From the NCBI RefSeq assembly GCF_009914755.1, contig NC_060926.1: 64,000 bases of DNA. One strand, given 5' to 3'. Of the stretch, positions 12,191 to 24,790 are shown in pieces. The notes under the pieces are model-generated. The model saw only the letters and a list, made by a program, of their open reading frames with translations, did no database searches and was not told the DNA's origin. The position numbers and the translations under genes were made by a program. Source of the DNA: the human T2T-CHM13v2.0 reference genome, Homo sapiens. How positions within the stretch are numbered: position 1 is the stretch's first letter; every line of letters starts with the position of its first letter.

Positions 12191-13399
12191 TTAAATAGGC
12201 CTGGCCCTGGGTTCCACCACCTATCCACCTATGAGGGGCAGAGCCCAGATTCAAAGTCTGACTGGGGTCTCTGCCCCGACGACCTCTGCTCACAGCGTGC
12301 CGCTAGGTGCTGAGATGGGAAGAGGAGAGAAGGGGTCAGAGGAGAGAGGGGGAGTGAGCACAGTGGAGGAGGCTTGCCTGGGCCCTGATGCTTCACCCAG
12401 AAAGAAAATGGGGTGGTCAGTGTTTAATCGCATCTTCCCAGTGGCCCAAGCTGCATGTCCACCCAGGACACCATCCCAAGCAGCCCAGCAAGGGGGACCC
12501 ACCCTCTCTGCACCAAGGCAGACCCAAGGTGCTTCCAGGGGCAGCCAGAACAGGGTGGCTTCTGTGTGGCCTGCTGTGGGACAAGCTGCTGTGACAAGAA
12601 GCAGCATCTGCTATTGAACTTGTGACCCAGGCCTTGGTCCCTCACAGGGAGCAGGGCACAGCTGGGACAGAGGGTGAGGGTCCCCTTCCCATCTCTCGGA
12701 GGTGGCAGAGTGCACCTGCTCCACGGAGCGTGCGCAGCCCCCTCTGCTGGCGCCCGGTCCAGCTCTCGGGTGAGCTAGACGGGAGTTCAGCTGGGCGTGA
12801 CTCACCCCTGTTCCTGGAACTGTCTGAAGGCGGGGAGGATGCTGTGGGTAGGCTCTAACTGTATCATCTGGGCTGGGGCCGGTAGCAGATGGTCCTTATA
12901 AAAAAAAAAAAAAAGTACTTCCATGTGGGCTTAAAATAGCGCAGCACTCACCATCAGCTGAATGGGGAAATGTACGAGCCAGTCTTTCACGTGGGAGTGG
13001 GCACTGCAGGCTGGAGGTTGGGACAAGGGGCCCAGACACCAGCCACAGCGGCCAAGCCCAGGAGGTGGAGAGGAGACGCCTCAGCACCCACGTCGTGCCT
13101 GGCCTAGACCAGGCAGGTGGCAGATACGGGCCCAAGCAGGCCCTGCCACGATGATGAAGATGACAATGAAGCCACAGAACCCTCCCGGTTGCCGCATGGG
13201 AGCCGGCTGGGAAACCGAGATGCCAGAACACCAGCCGTCCACCACCCTGTCAGCCTCTCAGTCAGTCCAGGAAAAGCCTTTCTTCATCCTGGAAGTCGGG
13301 AAATGTGGCTCCCTAACAGGGGGCGGAAACAACTTTTGGTTCTGAGTCAATCTCTCTCTCTCCCCGGGCCCTACAGGAACACAAGAGTGAGTCCTGGAG

Positions 13400-13490
13400 C
13401 CTCTGGAGTCCGCCCCTCACCGATGTGTGTTCTGGGGCAGGTCACTTCCTCTTTCTGTGCCTCAGTTTCCTTATCTGTAAAATGGACGGA
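13400..13490 (+). mobile_element. MIR fragment
   Basis: gggcaggtcacttcctctttctgtgcctcagtttccttatctgtaaaatgg. Confidence 0.8.
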
Positions 13491-14339
13491 AAGCCCCACC
13501 TTCTCTAGGGCAAAGCCCAGCACCCGGAGGTGCTCTGTGAAGGAAGCCCACAGCCCTGCCTGGGTTGTCCCTGAGGCCCGAGAGAGCCCTTGGCCCCTTC
13601 TTCCCTTTTTAATACGTCCCTTCATCTTCCTTTAAACCATGCTGCACTTTGACATGTAGAGGTGATCACTCTGAAAGTCGGGGTCTGGAGCGTCGCCTCT
13701 TGCTGCTGCTGCGTTGATGTGGAGGGAAGGGGGTGACAGGAGGGAAGCCGGGGCAGGGACAGCAGGTGGGGAGTCTCACTCCGTCCAGCCCAGCAGCCAG
13801 GGCTCCCAGGCATGGCAGGCCACCTTCCCGCCCTCCTGCCGCCCGCCCTGTCGGGGATCAGCAAATCGGAGGCCAGGTCACCGTGGCCTTTGAGGGGTGG
13901 AGACTCTCCCAACTGCAGGGCAGGGTGAGGGAGCTCTAAGGGAGCCACGGGTCCTCAGTGGCTCGCCCAAGGCAGAAGGTTTGTCAGAGGGGAGGGTTTG
14001 CACTGAGCCCACCTTGGTGTTCTGTATGGACAAGCGTGTGGTGTGCTGGTAACTGTCTAACAACCAGCTCCACTGGGGCCTGGGGAGGGGATTAAAAATA
14101 GCTCTGATCTGTAGCGGCTGCCAATTTCGGCGGTATAATCACTCCCGCTGAAGCCGGTTTCATCCCCGCTTGTGGAGTTGGGAAGAGACCACAAATGGGC
14201 TGCCATGAGCTCCAACACCCAGCACAGGGCTGGTGGATACGCGGTAACATGACCACCCTTCCCATACAGGCTGGCGTCCATCAGGGGCACAGACACGTGA
14301 TAATGACCCAGGCTCAACTGAAAGGCAGCAGAGCAAAAG

Positions 14340-14505
14340 AGTCAAAGAGTTAAGACCCGGACCCTTGAGTTAGGCTCAGGTTAACTGTGTCTGATTCATC
14401 CCGGCTCTAGTTAGCAGCTGTGTGGCTTTGGGCAAGTTGCATAACCACTTTGGGCCTCGTATGTAAAGCGAAGATGATAATAGCATCTGTCCTTTCACAA
14501 GGATG
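14340..14505 (+). mobile_element. MIR fragment
   Basis: ttagcagctgtgtggctttgggcaagttgcataacc...tgtaaagcgaagatgataatagc. Confidence 0.7.
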
Positions 14506-14629
14506 TCTATTGTGCAGTAATGACCTGCAGTCACAAGCTCTTCTTTTTAAGGGATGGAATGGAGGGACAACACATCTGTCAGGAGAATGCTGAAACCTCT
14601 CCCTCCCGAAATTAAATGACGAAGTCTTC

Positions 14630-16288
14630 CCTCCACCCCGCAGCCTCCCCAGCTACTCCTTCACCTCTCTTCCCTCACAGGCGTCTTCTAAGGGTTTCCA
14701 GGCCTCCCCCACTTCCTCTCCTCCACCCACTCACCCCACGCTGCCAAGCAGCCTCTGCCCCACTTCTCCAAGGCGACTCTTGCCAATGTCACCAACAACC
14801 CCATTTTCTAAATCCAAGAGACATTTCTGTCATCCTCGTACTCTACGTCCCACCAGCCTTAAGCCCTGCTGCCCAAGCAACTTTCGAAACAACCATGTCC
14901 CCAGTGTCTGTGATGGGTCCATTCCTTCTGCCTTCCCTCTGTCCGTTCTCTGTCTCTTTGACTGGGCCAGAGTCCTCTACCTGGCTGTTAAAACTAAGGT
15001 GCCTCAAGTCATAGGGGGAGCTGTGTCTTCTCCTGCTGAACCCCCTCTCTAGGCTGGCCCCCGACTCCAGCGGCCTCTACTGCTATCTGCACCAGCCTCT
15101 CCCAGTGGTACCTCCAGCCCTGACCTCATCTCTGACCCCTGGACAGCACGGCCAGAGGTCTATTCCACACCGCCCCCTCACATACATGATGGCTCAGAGG
15201 TCCCCAGGTTCACCGTGCCCGAAACTGTGCTCACCACCCATTCCCAGGCCCGTGGTGATAACACCACTGTCCGCCACTCATCTTCCCACCTTTCTCTCTG
15301 TTGCCCCCAGGTCTGCCCCACCCCAAGTCGCACCTCCCCGTCAAGGCCTGCACAGCCTTCCCTTTTTGTCTTCTGTCTTCATCCTGGTGCCCTCCTCCAA
15401 CACCCATCCAAGCAAGAGCCATCTCTCTGGGTGCCAGGGCCGTGGCCCTTGGGCTGGGCCCTCCGCCCCCACACTTGCCCTCCCCTCTGTCTTCCACATC
15501 CTTCCAGGGCGATCTTCCCAAAAATCTGAGATATGGTCAGGTCACCCGTGTGCCGAAAACTCCTGGGGTGCACACCAGGACCCCGGCGCAGCTTCTCAGG
15601 GCCTGTGTGCCTGGCCGTGGCCTCTCTCTCCGGATTCCTCTCCCACCATCCCCCTGGCTGTCTGCAGTCCTCATATGGGCCACATCCTCCCTCCCAGGGT
15701 TTAGGGGATGTCATTGTCTCTGCCTGGAACAATCTTCATCTTATCCTCACCTCCACCCCACCCCTTCAACCCAGTGGTTCCGAGTTCAGCTACTCATGGC
15801 TTCCCCGAGGAAGCCCTCCTCCTTCCTCCATGTCCCCTCCCCGCCAGACGGTGCTGTGCTGTTCCCCCTCTGAACACCCTGGGCCCTGTCTTCACAGCAA
15901 TTCACAGGGCTGGTAACTGTTCACTTATTTGTGTGGCTAATTAACTAATGCTTGCCTCTCCCAGGAGACTCTTCATCCCCGAAGGTGTAACTGACTGGCA
16001 TTTCTAGTGGTGGAATTCTTCACTGTGTGGTGCTATCTGTGAATGGCAGGAGGGTCCCCAGCCCCCACCCACTCGATGCCAGTGGCTCTCTCAGGCATTG
16101 TGACAAGCCTCAAAGGCACTCAGGCCTTCCCACAGCCCCAGGAGGCTGGACTGCCCCAGGGAGCCCTGCCCCACTAGGTGCAAACAGCCGCAGGGACAGG
16201 AGCTGTGTCTGGGTTTGCTCAACCCCAGTGCTTTAAGGTCCCGGCACAGAGTGGACACTCAGAAAATGCGTGTTAAATGTGTGAATGG
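14630..16288 (+). mobile_element. Long degraded L2 (RT region to 3' end), interrupted by a MER20-family element
   Basis: gactcttgccaatgtcaccaacaacc...aaatccaagagacatttctgtcatcctc (L2 RT region); ends cggcacagagtggacactcagaaaatgcgtgttaaatgtgtgaat. Confidence 0.7.
15990..16170 (-). mobile_element. MER20/MER20B-like hAT-Charlie non-autonomous DNA transposon
   Basis: aattcttcactgtgtgg...ccccacccactcgatgccagtggc...cattgtgacaa resembles the reverse complement of MER20. Confidence 0.6.
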
Positions 16289-17233
16289 GCAGCTCCTACC
16301 TGCAAGCTTCCACACAGCTGCTCTGCCTGCCTTTGTGGGTGCTACAAGGATTTCGCCTCTGGGGGTGCAGGAAGCCATCATGCCTGTAAGCAGTGGTCCC
16401 CAGCCCCCTGGAGTGAGATCATGGCATGGCATCTGCCCAGAGCTCAATCAGGCAGGACCGAAAGCCAGCACCTCCCTCATCTCACCTGAATTTCAGCAGT
16501 TCAGGCACAGGTGATCAAATAGACTCTCCCTGGGCCACATGGACAGGGGCAGGTGCTGCTGGTTTCTCTCTCTGATGGTCAGGATCTCAGCTCTCCCTAC
16601 CTGCTGCCAACCTTCTACATAGGCCCACCCAGGGAGCTGGCTGCCATAGAAAATACAAACTCGGAAGCATGCGCCAGGCCATCAGCACAGAGCAGGCACA
16701 GCTGCAGGGAGGGTGTGTGTGGCCCGAGGTGCCAGCACCGAGCTCAGGTTCCTGCTTCAAAACCCTTTCCTGTGACTTTCAGCTTTCCTCTTCCTTTCAC
16801 AGTGATCAGCCTCTTTTCCCATCATCCAAATTCCAACCACTTCAGGGGACCTTCACCAAACTGGCAAGAATGAACATTTGGCTCCATTCAACAAACATTC
16901 ATGCACCAAACATTTACCAAGCACTCACTTTGCATTAAGGGAGCCACCCTAGAACCTGTCTTCACGTCCCCTTCATGGCTTTGTGCATCTTCTCGAGGCC
17001 TCTGAGTATGTCATTTCTGTTCACTCTATCCAGATTAACAAGACGGCTCTGCACTTCTTCTGTGCCTGGACAGTCTAGGCCCTCACAAGCAGCAAGCAGT
17101 ATCTCCACCTGGCCCTGGCCTCCGTGGGCTCACAGCTAATGATGTCTCTCTCATCATCTGCCCACTTTAACTCCACCCTCTCATTCTGCGTCAAACACTC
17201 TGCCGAGCCTTCCTGGAGACCCTTCAGAGCTGG

Positions 17234-17626
17234 TGATATGGTTTGGATGTGTGTCCCTTCCAAATCTCATGTTGAAATGTGATCCCCAGTGCTGGAGGTG
17301 GGGCCTGGAGGGGGGTGTTTGTGTCATGGGGGCCCTCATGAATGGCTTGGTACCCTTCCGGTGGTAATGAGTTACCGCAAGATCTGCTGGTTAAAGTCTA
17401 GCTAGGGCCTTCCCCGCTCTCTTGTTCCCTGTCTCACCATGTGACGCACCTGCTCCCCTTCACCTTCTGCCATGAGTGGCAGCTTCCTGATGTTCTTGCC
17501 TAAAGCAGATATGCCAGCTCCCATGCTTGTACAGCCAGCAGAACGGTAAGCCAAATACACCTCTTTTCTTTGTAAATTACCCAGCATCAGGTCTTCCCTT
17601 ACAGCAATGCAAAATGGACTAACACA
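17234..17626 (+). mobile_element. MST (MSTB-like) ERVL-MaLR solo LTR, complete
   Basis: TG...CA ends (tgatatggtttggatgtgtgtccc...ggactaacaca); 5-bp TSD gctgg/gttgg. Confidence 0.9.
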
Positions 17627-17814
17627 GTTGGGAAGAGAAGAGGTGACACATCTGAGACCCTCAGAGAACAAATTCAAGAGTTTTTAATGGAGAACCAGAG
17701 TGTACAGTGCCAAGGAGAGGCCAGCAGGTGCTGGGGCAGTAAGAAGAAGCTATAGGTGGGATGGGCCCTTGGCTGGCCTTCAAGGGTAGACAATAGTAAT
17801 CGTGGGGATGGGAG

Positions 17815-18045
17815 CTGATACTGACTGAGTGCTAACACGATGCCAAGCGATGTGCAGGGGCTACCTTATTTAATCCTCACAGTCACCTCATGACACAGGC
17901 GTTATTCTTATTCCCATTTTACAGGTGAAGGGACTGAGGCACATAGAACCAACTAATTTACTTAAGGTTGTGCAGCTTGTAAATGGCAGAGCCAGGATTT
18001 GCACACAGGCATCTGGCTTCGGGGCCAGTGCTCTTCAACACCACC
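17815..18045 (-). mobile_element. MIR, near full length
   Basis: ttaatcctcac...cccattttacaggtgaagggactgaggcaca...gtaaatggcagagccaggattt. Confidence 0.85.
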
Positions 18046-18057
18046 AGGAGAGTTTGG

Positions 18058-18551
18058 ATGTGTCGGCTATCTATAGCTGTGCAATGAATTTCCCCAAGTT
18101 CAGCAGCCTAACGCAACACAAGTAGATTATGTCATAGTCCCTGTGGGCCGGGGACCTGGGAGTGGCCAGCTGGTCCCCCTGGCTCCGGGCATCTCACAAG
18201 CTGCAATCAAGCTGACAACCTGTGGTCATCTCGGGGCCTGCTTGGGGTAGGATTTGGTTCCAAGCTCACTCACATAGCTGTTGGCTGGAGACCTCGATTC
18301 CTTACATGGGGGCCTGTCCCGAGGCCAGTGACTTCCTTCAGGGTGAGTGACCAAGCAAAGGCATGAGTGACAGTGAGCAAGACATGTGGCCTCATCACGG
18401 AAGCGGCATATTGTCACCTTTGCTGTAGTCTGTGGTCTATCCACGAGAAGCAAGTCCTGAGATCCAGCCCACGCTCCAGGGATGGGCACGATGAGAGGCT
18501 GTGACAACAGCAGTGGGGGTCACCAGGCAGTCCTAGAGGCTGCCGGCCACA
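18058..18551 (-). mobile_element. MLT1F/G-like ERVL-MaLR solo LTR
   Basis: ctatctatagctgtgcaatgaatttcccc...gctgcaatcaag...caagctcactcacatagctgttggc...ctagaggctgccggccaca. Confidence 0.75.
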
Positions 18552-18949
18552 CGGGCCCATGGAGGAGCCCAGGTCACAGACACCACTGTCCTTAGTTTGA
18601 TTCTTCACCCAGGAGCCTGACTGTGTTCCTTAGGTAATAATAATAGCCCCAAGGGGAGCTAAAACTTGATTCCCAGTCTGAGAGATTTCTTCCTCCTGTT
18701 CCTCCCAGAATCCAAGTGCCAAATCAGACGAGCACGTCTTAAAGATCATCTGCGCGCTCGGCTATGTAAAGAAACACAAGCGTATTTGTATTTCGCTGGT
18801 GTCAGGCCGAAAACTTGGCACCATCCCTCACTCCTCCGCTCCCTTGCCATACGATTCCAGTCAGCCCCCAATTCCTCTAAAGCAGTGATTTTTTTCATCT
18901 CTCCTTTTCTCTTTGACTGCCCTCAATGAAGAGAAACCCTAATGGTCCT

Positions 18950-19270
18950 GGCGTTTCCACTGCTCCTTCAGTCACTCCCAGGTGTCATGATAAGGGCCCT
19001 GTCATACAGTCCTAATTGCTGTTCAAAGACCATCCGTGGCTCCCACAGCCAACAGGCAAGGACCATGCTTGAGTCTGGCCTGCAGGGCCTTCAGCTTCAC
19101 AGCCCGGCCCACTCCCCACACCACCCCCTGGCTCCAGTCCCCTGGTCCACATGCCTGGCACCTTCCCACTTCTAAGCCTTCATCTACCCCTTTCCTAACC
19201 CTCAAATGCTTTTCCCATTCTTCTTACCCAAATCCTGGTGGCCCTTCAAGGTCAAGTTCATGCCCTCCCT
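18950..19270 (+). mobile_element. L2 fragment
   Basis: gttcaaagaccatccgtggctcccacagcc...ggcctgcagggccttc. Confidence 0.5.
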
Positions 19271-20501
19271 TAATTATGAATTTTTCCAGATGACTCCAAC
19301 TCTTCAAGGCTGGACTTGGCAAGAGGCAGTGTGTGTTCAGCGGGATCAGTGAAATCAAAACACTCATGACCACAAGCCAACTGCTCAGAAAATCATCTGG
19401 GTTTGCCTCCCCATGCCTGCACCCTGCTCTTGTCTTCACTACCTGGTGACTCCGTATGGGTCACCTGGACTTAGCCTTCCAGCTCTCCTGGGGAGCAGTT
19501 CTCAATTCCCTTCCCTCTGAACACCTGCTTCTATGCAGCCCCATGTGACTACTTTCTCCCTCCCCCAAATCTCCTTCTCCCCGGATCCGTTCTCACTACC
19601 CCACCACACCACCGTCAGGGCACAGCCCTCTCTAGACGCCCACTGCAGTCACTGTCTGGAAGATGACTCATCACATCCCCTCAGACCCCTGTGTAGTTTT
19701 CGATCTTTCTATCTAGTTCCCAACGAGACTTTGAGCACTTTCTTGACAAGTCCAATTCATCTCTGAATCCAGAACAGGGTGGGGACAGAGGGCATATACA
19801 CATAATCCCAGGAAAGACAAAGGTGAAAATTGTCCATGGATATACCTTTGCGGGAAAAAAAAAAGAATACACTGAAGTGGCTTTACTCTATCTTCTTAAC
19901 ATTCAGAAATACAAAGCTGTCTTTCCACCCACAATCCCGGACTATAAACTCAGCAGCACACGCACAGAGGGTGTAGAGAACAATGGGGGCGAGCACAGGG
20001 AGGGTGCAGCCGAGTCCCCCTTTTCCACACTCGGGGGTGAGACAGCGGGGCCTCAGATGCAGATGTGAGAAGCGGATGTGAAGCAGATCTGGGAGGGCCT
20101 CAGCAGCCTCACACAAGACCTCCTGACATCAGCATACACCCCGTCTTCCCGACAAGTTTCCCTTTTCCTGGTCCCCATTAGAGAACACCCACATTACTCA
20201 TTGCACAGTTACCGTTGAACTTTCTATTCTGACGTTCTCTTTTCACACTCGTTCAGAAATACACGCTGGTGCCATTTCATTTGCTTTTAAATAGCACGCC
20301 GAAGAGGAGACATGCCCAGTGGTCTCCGAGTCATGCCCCACAGGATCCAGGTCATTTGCCTAAAAGGCAGAAGTCAGACCTGGTGAAAGCTCACAGGTAA
20401 CAGCCGGGGGGCCGCCCTTGCACCTGGCATAGGCCTCACCAACCAGGTGCCTGTGCAGAGGTCTCTTAACTGTTTAAACTAAGGTAGGTTTTTCTGAAAA
20501 G

Positions 20502-21750
20502 CAGCCTCTCTCAGATTTTTTGGCCTCAGGACCACTTTGCCCTCTTAAAAATTATTCAGCATCCTCAAAAGCTTTTGTTCATGTGAGTTTAGATTTGATG
20601 GCATTTGCTGTTTTACAAATTAAAACTGAGAAAATTTTAAAATATGTATCAACTTGTATCAAAAATAACAATAATTCATGACATGTAAACATAAATTTCA
20701 TATTTTAAGAAAAATAACTACATTTTCTTTCTTTCTTTTTTTTTTTTTTTTTTTTTTTTTGAGACAGAGTCTTGCTCTGTCACCCAGGCTGGAGTGGCAG
20801 TGGCCCAATGTCAGCTCACTGCAACCTCTGCCTCACGGTTTCAAGCGATTCTCCTGCCTCAGCCTCTCCAGTAGCTGGGGTTACAGGCGCCCACAACCAT
20901 GCCCAGCTAATTTTTGTGTTTTTAGTAAAGACAGGGTTTCATCATGTTGGCCAGGCTGGTCTCGAACTACTGACCTCAAGTAATCCATCTGCCTCGGCCT
21001 CCCAAAGTGCTGGGATTACAAGCGTGAGCCACCGTGCCCCAGCCACTATACTTTTCAAAACAAAAATATCAGTGAGAAGAATGGCAATAATTTATGCCTG
21101 TTCAAAGCTCCTGGGTGTCTGACTTAGAAAACAGCCAGGTTGTCAGATCTGCTTCTGCCCTCAGCCTGGGCCATTAGATCACTTTAGCTGAGGCATGTGA
21201 AGAAAATTCAGCCCGAAACAAATATGTAGCTAGAAAAGAGGGACATGTCTGTAATAGACTTTTCAGACAATTGTGGCTATTCCTCTTCCATACTATACCA
21301 AAATTCAAATCATGATAGTTTCTCATAGGTTAGCTGCACTGTTGAATGAGAACCCATCTCACCTATTTTTTTTATATGACTACATTAAAATCTATTAGCT
21401 ATCCTGCACTTTGAATAGATCATTTGTTTACCCACTCATGATTTTGCAATAAATGTATTGGTCATTTGGCAAATATTGATTCACTGACGTGTGATCTATC
21501 AAACGTCAACACATTTCATTACACAGCCAGTGCATTAATATGATCATGAATTCCATCAGAAAAGTCCGGAGGTGTTAGGAAGCTATCAAGCTCACAGCAA
21601 TGGATACAAGTTTTCTAAAATTTTAATTTTCACACGAAAGGTCTAATTGTATGGCAACAGATACTATCAGTTATTTTTCCTGAAGCCACAGGCTTACTTC
21701 ATTTATTTTCAAGAAAATGTCTGCCAAATATCCAAGTCTGGTTAACCTAG
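20502..21750 (-). mobile_element. Charlie1-family hAT DNA transposon fragment with decayed transposase
   Basis: terminus tttttggcctcaggaccactttgccctcttaaaaattatt; minus strand about 21671-21745 translates LTRLGYLADIFLKINEVSLWLQEK*, the LxYLADIF motif of Charlie/Buster-type hAT transposases. Confidence 0.85.
20728..21044 (-). mobile_element. AluS (Sx/Sz-like), full length, inside Charlie1
   Basis: poly-T, dimeric Alu, imperfect TSD actacattttc/actatacttttc. Confidence 0.95.
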
Positions 21751-22723
21751 TTTAGGTTACAGAAGTCCCTCTCAGCTCTAAAAGGCCAGCCTCTTACAGA
21801 AAGTTCTGAGGGTCTTAAAGTTCAGGGCAAAGCAAAAAAGAGACCTCCAGGGAGATATTCCCTGCAAGCAGCTCCCAACAGCCCAGGGAATGACGATTAA
21901 TTTGAACCGCATTTTCCCAGGGCATTGGTAAGAGGTCAGCCTACTCCACAGCTGATCTCTAAATCCCAAACCCAGCATCCAGTGTAGAAATGATGAAAAT
22001 GGCCAATACATTCTTCTGGCAGTTGGTGCAGTGCTCAGTGCATGAAGGTTGAAGTAACCGTGCAGTGTGGGGCACCAGCCAAGACGCCGTTTCTACCTGG
22101 GGGCTGTCTCACCGTGCAGGAGGCGCGTTTGCTCCACAGTTTACTGTCAGCATCATACATACAGGTAACCAAAACCCTTGTCAACGGCCACAGGCAACCA
22201 TCAATAGTGAGCACAATGTAACCAACGAAGGCTGGGGTGTGAAGAATCCAGCCAGCCTGATAGGCAGGGCACCATGCTGCAGTCAGGAGACCTGGGTTCC
22301 GGGGCCAGCCCTGCCTCCAACATGCTAGGGACCATGGCCAAACCACTTAATGTCTTTGCATGGGCTTCTTTGCCCTATAAAATGGTCAGGGGTGAGGTAG
22401 ATGAACTCAACAGGTGCTGAAATTCTCCTCTAAGAAGTAGAGATATAATTACAAGATGTCAGCGCATAATATCATGTGTACCCACCCTAAAAACTCCATG
22501 AACCCCCAATGGACACACAAAAAAAATCATTGCTTACAGGTAATATTACTTTCTAACCAAAGTTTTATTTTAGAAATTTTAAAATATTGTCATAACCGAG
22601 AAGAAAAGTCTGTAGGATGGCAGGTGATGTTGGAGCGGGGTTAAACAAATAGACCACTGGGACATGTTAGAGTCTAGAAACAGATCCATTATAAATGGAA
22701 ATTTAATATGTGATAAGGGAGGC

Positions 22724-23290
22724 TGAAGCAGCTTTAAAACATATCCACAAATTATTTGACATTTCTCCCATTGAGAAGTGAGGTTTATGTCCCCTCTGTT
22801 TGAATCTGGGTGGACATGTGACCGTCCACCAATGGAAGTGACATGTCTGACTTCCATGGTGAGGTCACAAAAGGCCATGCAGGTTCTTCCCTGTTCTGTT
22901 GCAACACTAGCTCTTGGTGTCCTAAGCTTTCATGAACAATTCAGACCACCCTGAGGCCTCCATACTGTGAGGAAGCCCAAGCCATATAGATGCCAAGTTA
23001 GGCACTCCAAGGACTGTTCCCAGCTGAGCCCAACTTTTGAGTCATCCCAGCCCAGGTACCCAAACACGTCAGTGAAAAACCCTTAGATGATCCCAGTCCC
23101 CCACTGTTCACACCACCCCAGCCACTCAAGTCTTCCTAGCTGAGGCCCCAGACATGGTAGAGCAGAGCCAGATAATCCCCATTCTGCCTAAATTCCCAGA
23201 CTTCAGAGTTCACGAGCAGAATCAAGTTGTGATTGTTCTGTGCCACTAAGTCTAGCGGTATATGTTCTGCAGCAATAGATAACCAGAACA
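22724..23290 (+). mobile_element. MLT1G/H-like solo LTR
   Basis: tgaagcagctttaaaacatatccacaaattatttgac...gcagcaatagataaccagaaca. Confidence 0.85.
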
Positions 23291-23350
23291 GTAAATGTTT
23301 CTAATCACTGAAAAAATACCAACCTTTCAAAAAGTGATAGAAAGACTTAG

Positions 23351-23540
23351 AAATTATTTTTAAAATAATTTAAATTATAATAAATATTATACAATATATA
23401 AACAGTATAAAGTATAAAATATTTTAAATAATTTTAAAATATTATTGTAAATATTTTAAATTATAATTTTAAAATATTTAAAAATAAATTTTAAATGGAT
23501 TCATGAAATTTTATTATAAAATTATTGAAATAAATATATA
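23351..23540. repeat. Extremely AT-rich low-complexity tract with short palindromes
   Basis: almost only A/T; aattatttt-t-aaaataatt and taaatattttaaa-ttataat-tttaaaatattta (23448-23480). Confidence 0.9.
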
Positions 23541-24609
23541 AGAAGCATTTTTTAAATCTAGGGATGGAAAAGTGCTTCATAAGTGTTACTCTCCCTTCAC
23601 CAGCAAAAAAAAAAAAAAACCCAGATGAAATAAGAAAAAGATTGACAAGTTTGGTCACATAAATATAAAAATGTTATGACCAAAGGCACCATAAACAAAG
23701 TTTAAAGCTAACTTGCAGAAAGGCAGAAAGGATACACAGCATGGATAACATCTACAGTATGGAAGAGCACCGACACATTCTAAAGGACCAACAATTCAAA
23801 AGAAAATAAAGCAATGAATATCAGCAGATAATTCACAGAGAAGATATATAAATAAAACAGTAATCATATAAAAAAAGATGTCAAACTTTATTAGCAATGA
23901 AGCACATCCATATCAAAAAAAATTCAAAAAACCCAAAAATATATTTTACCCATTATATTGCTGAAAAGTTATACCGATAGGAACATATAAAAGATGTACT
24001 ATTATATGATTGATAGGAGTGTAAATTATGGTAGTCTTTTCAAAGGACAACATTAAATCTATCAAAATTTTAATCTTCACACTTTTTTACCTAGTGAGAA
24101 ATTTCCAGTTGTCTATGTCATGGAAATATCCCCATATGCCCATATGTGCAGAAAAATGTAGGTAAAACGATGGTAACTGCCGCCATGTAAAAGCAACCGA
24201 CTGAAATAAACCTGAATACTTATCAGTAAGTGTTTGTCCAAATAAACTTCGAGCAGACATATTATAGATTATTGTGCATCATTTTAAAATAATGAGGCAA
24301 ATGTACACATACATATTTAGAGGTTAAGAAAAATGCCTGGGAGAGACACCCTGAATTGTTCATAGGGATTATTTATGGGAGAAAGCAGGTCGGGCGATCA
24401 TGATTAGAAGAGCATTTCCCCTTTCGCTCTATGCTCTTCTGCATTGTTTCTTCATTTATATGTATGAGAGCATGTGCATGAATTATCTGTGTAAGTGTTA
24501 TCAATTAGAGACTTTTAAGTTTAGGCATAAGAACCTTTTAAGTCTTCTTTGTGAGAGTCCATGATCCATAATCCTGGGTCCTCCGGAGCCCAAACCCACC
24601 CCACCTTGC

Positions 24610-24790
24610 CAGCAGCCAAGTTTCTCTGTACTTCAGGAAGCTAAGCTTCGGGCCCCTCACTGACCTAGGCCCTTTCTAAATAGATATTCATTTTATACCT
24701 AATTTTGTATTTAAAATTTCATATTTTCATGTTAAAAAAAATGAGCCTAAAAGTACATCAGTTCCAGGACCTGCGAATTTGCACCCTAAA
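24610..24790. mobile_element. Probable small hAT-type MER (MITE), family not assigned
   Basis: gaagctaagcttcgggcccctcac...ggccctttc...tacctaattttgtatt resembles a recalled hAT MITE consensus. Confidence 0.45.

Larger units (their letters stand above)
22645..24510 (+). mobile_element. Old L1M (L1ME/MC-like) ORF2-3'UTR remnant, interrupted by an MLT1 LTR and an AT-rich tract
   Basis: acaaatagaccactgg...agagtctagaaacagatcc; caaaggcaccataaacaaagtt; gagtgtaaatt; A-rich plus strand. Confidence 0.75.

Noticed and set aside
13108-13125. CTCF-like core CAGGCAGGTGGCAG (similar near 39400)
   Set aside because: Mismatch at a core position; cannot be supported without PWM scoring or ChIP data.
20678-21122. 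ORFs resembling hypothetical human proteins (also 27108-27419, 30851-31054, 53228-53422)
   Set aside because: Antisense Alu translations.
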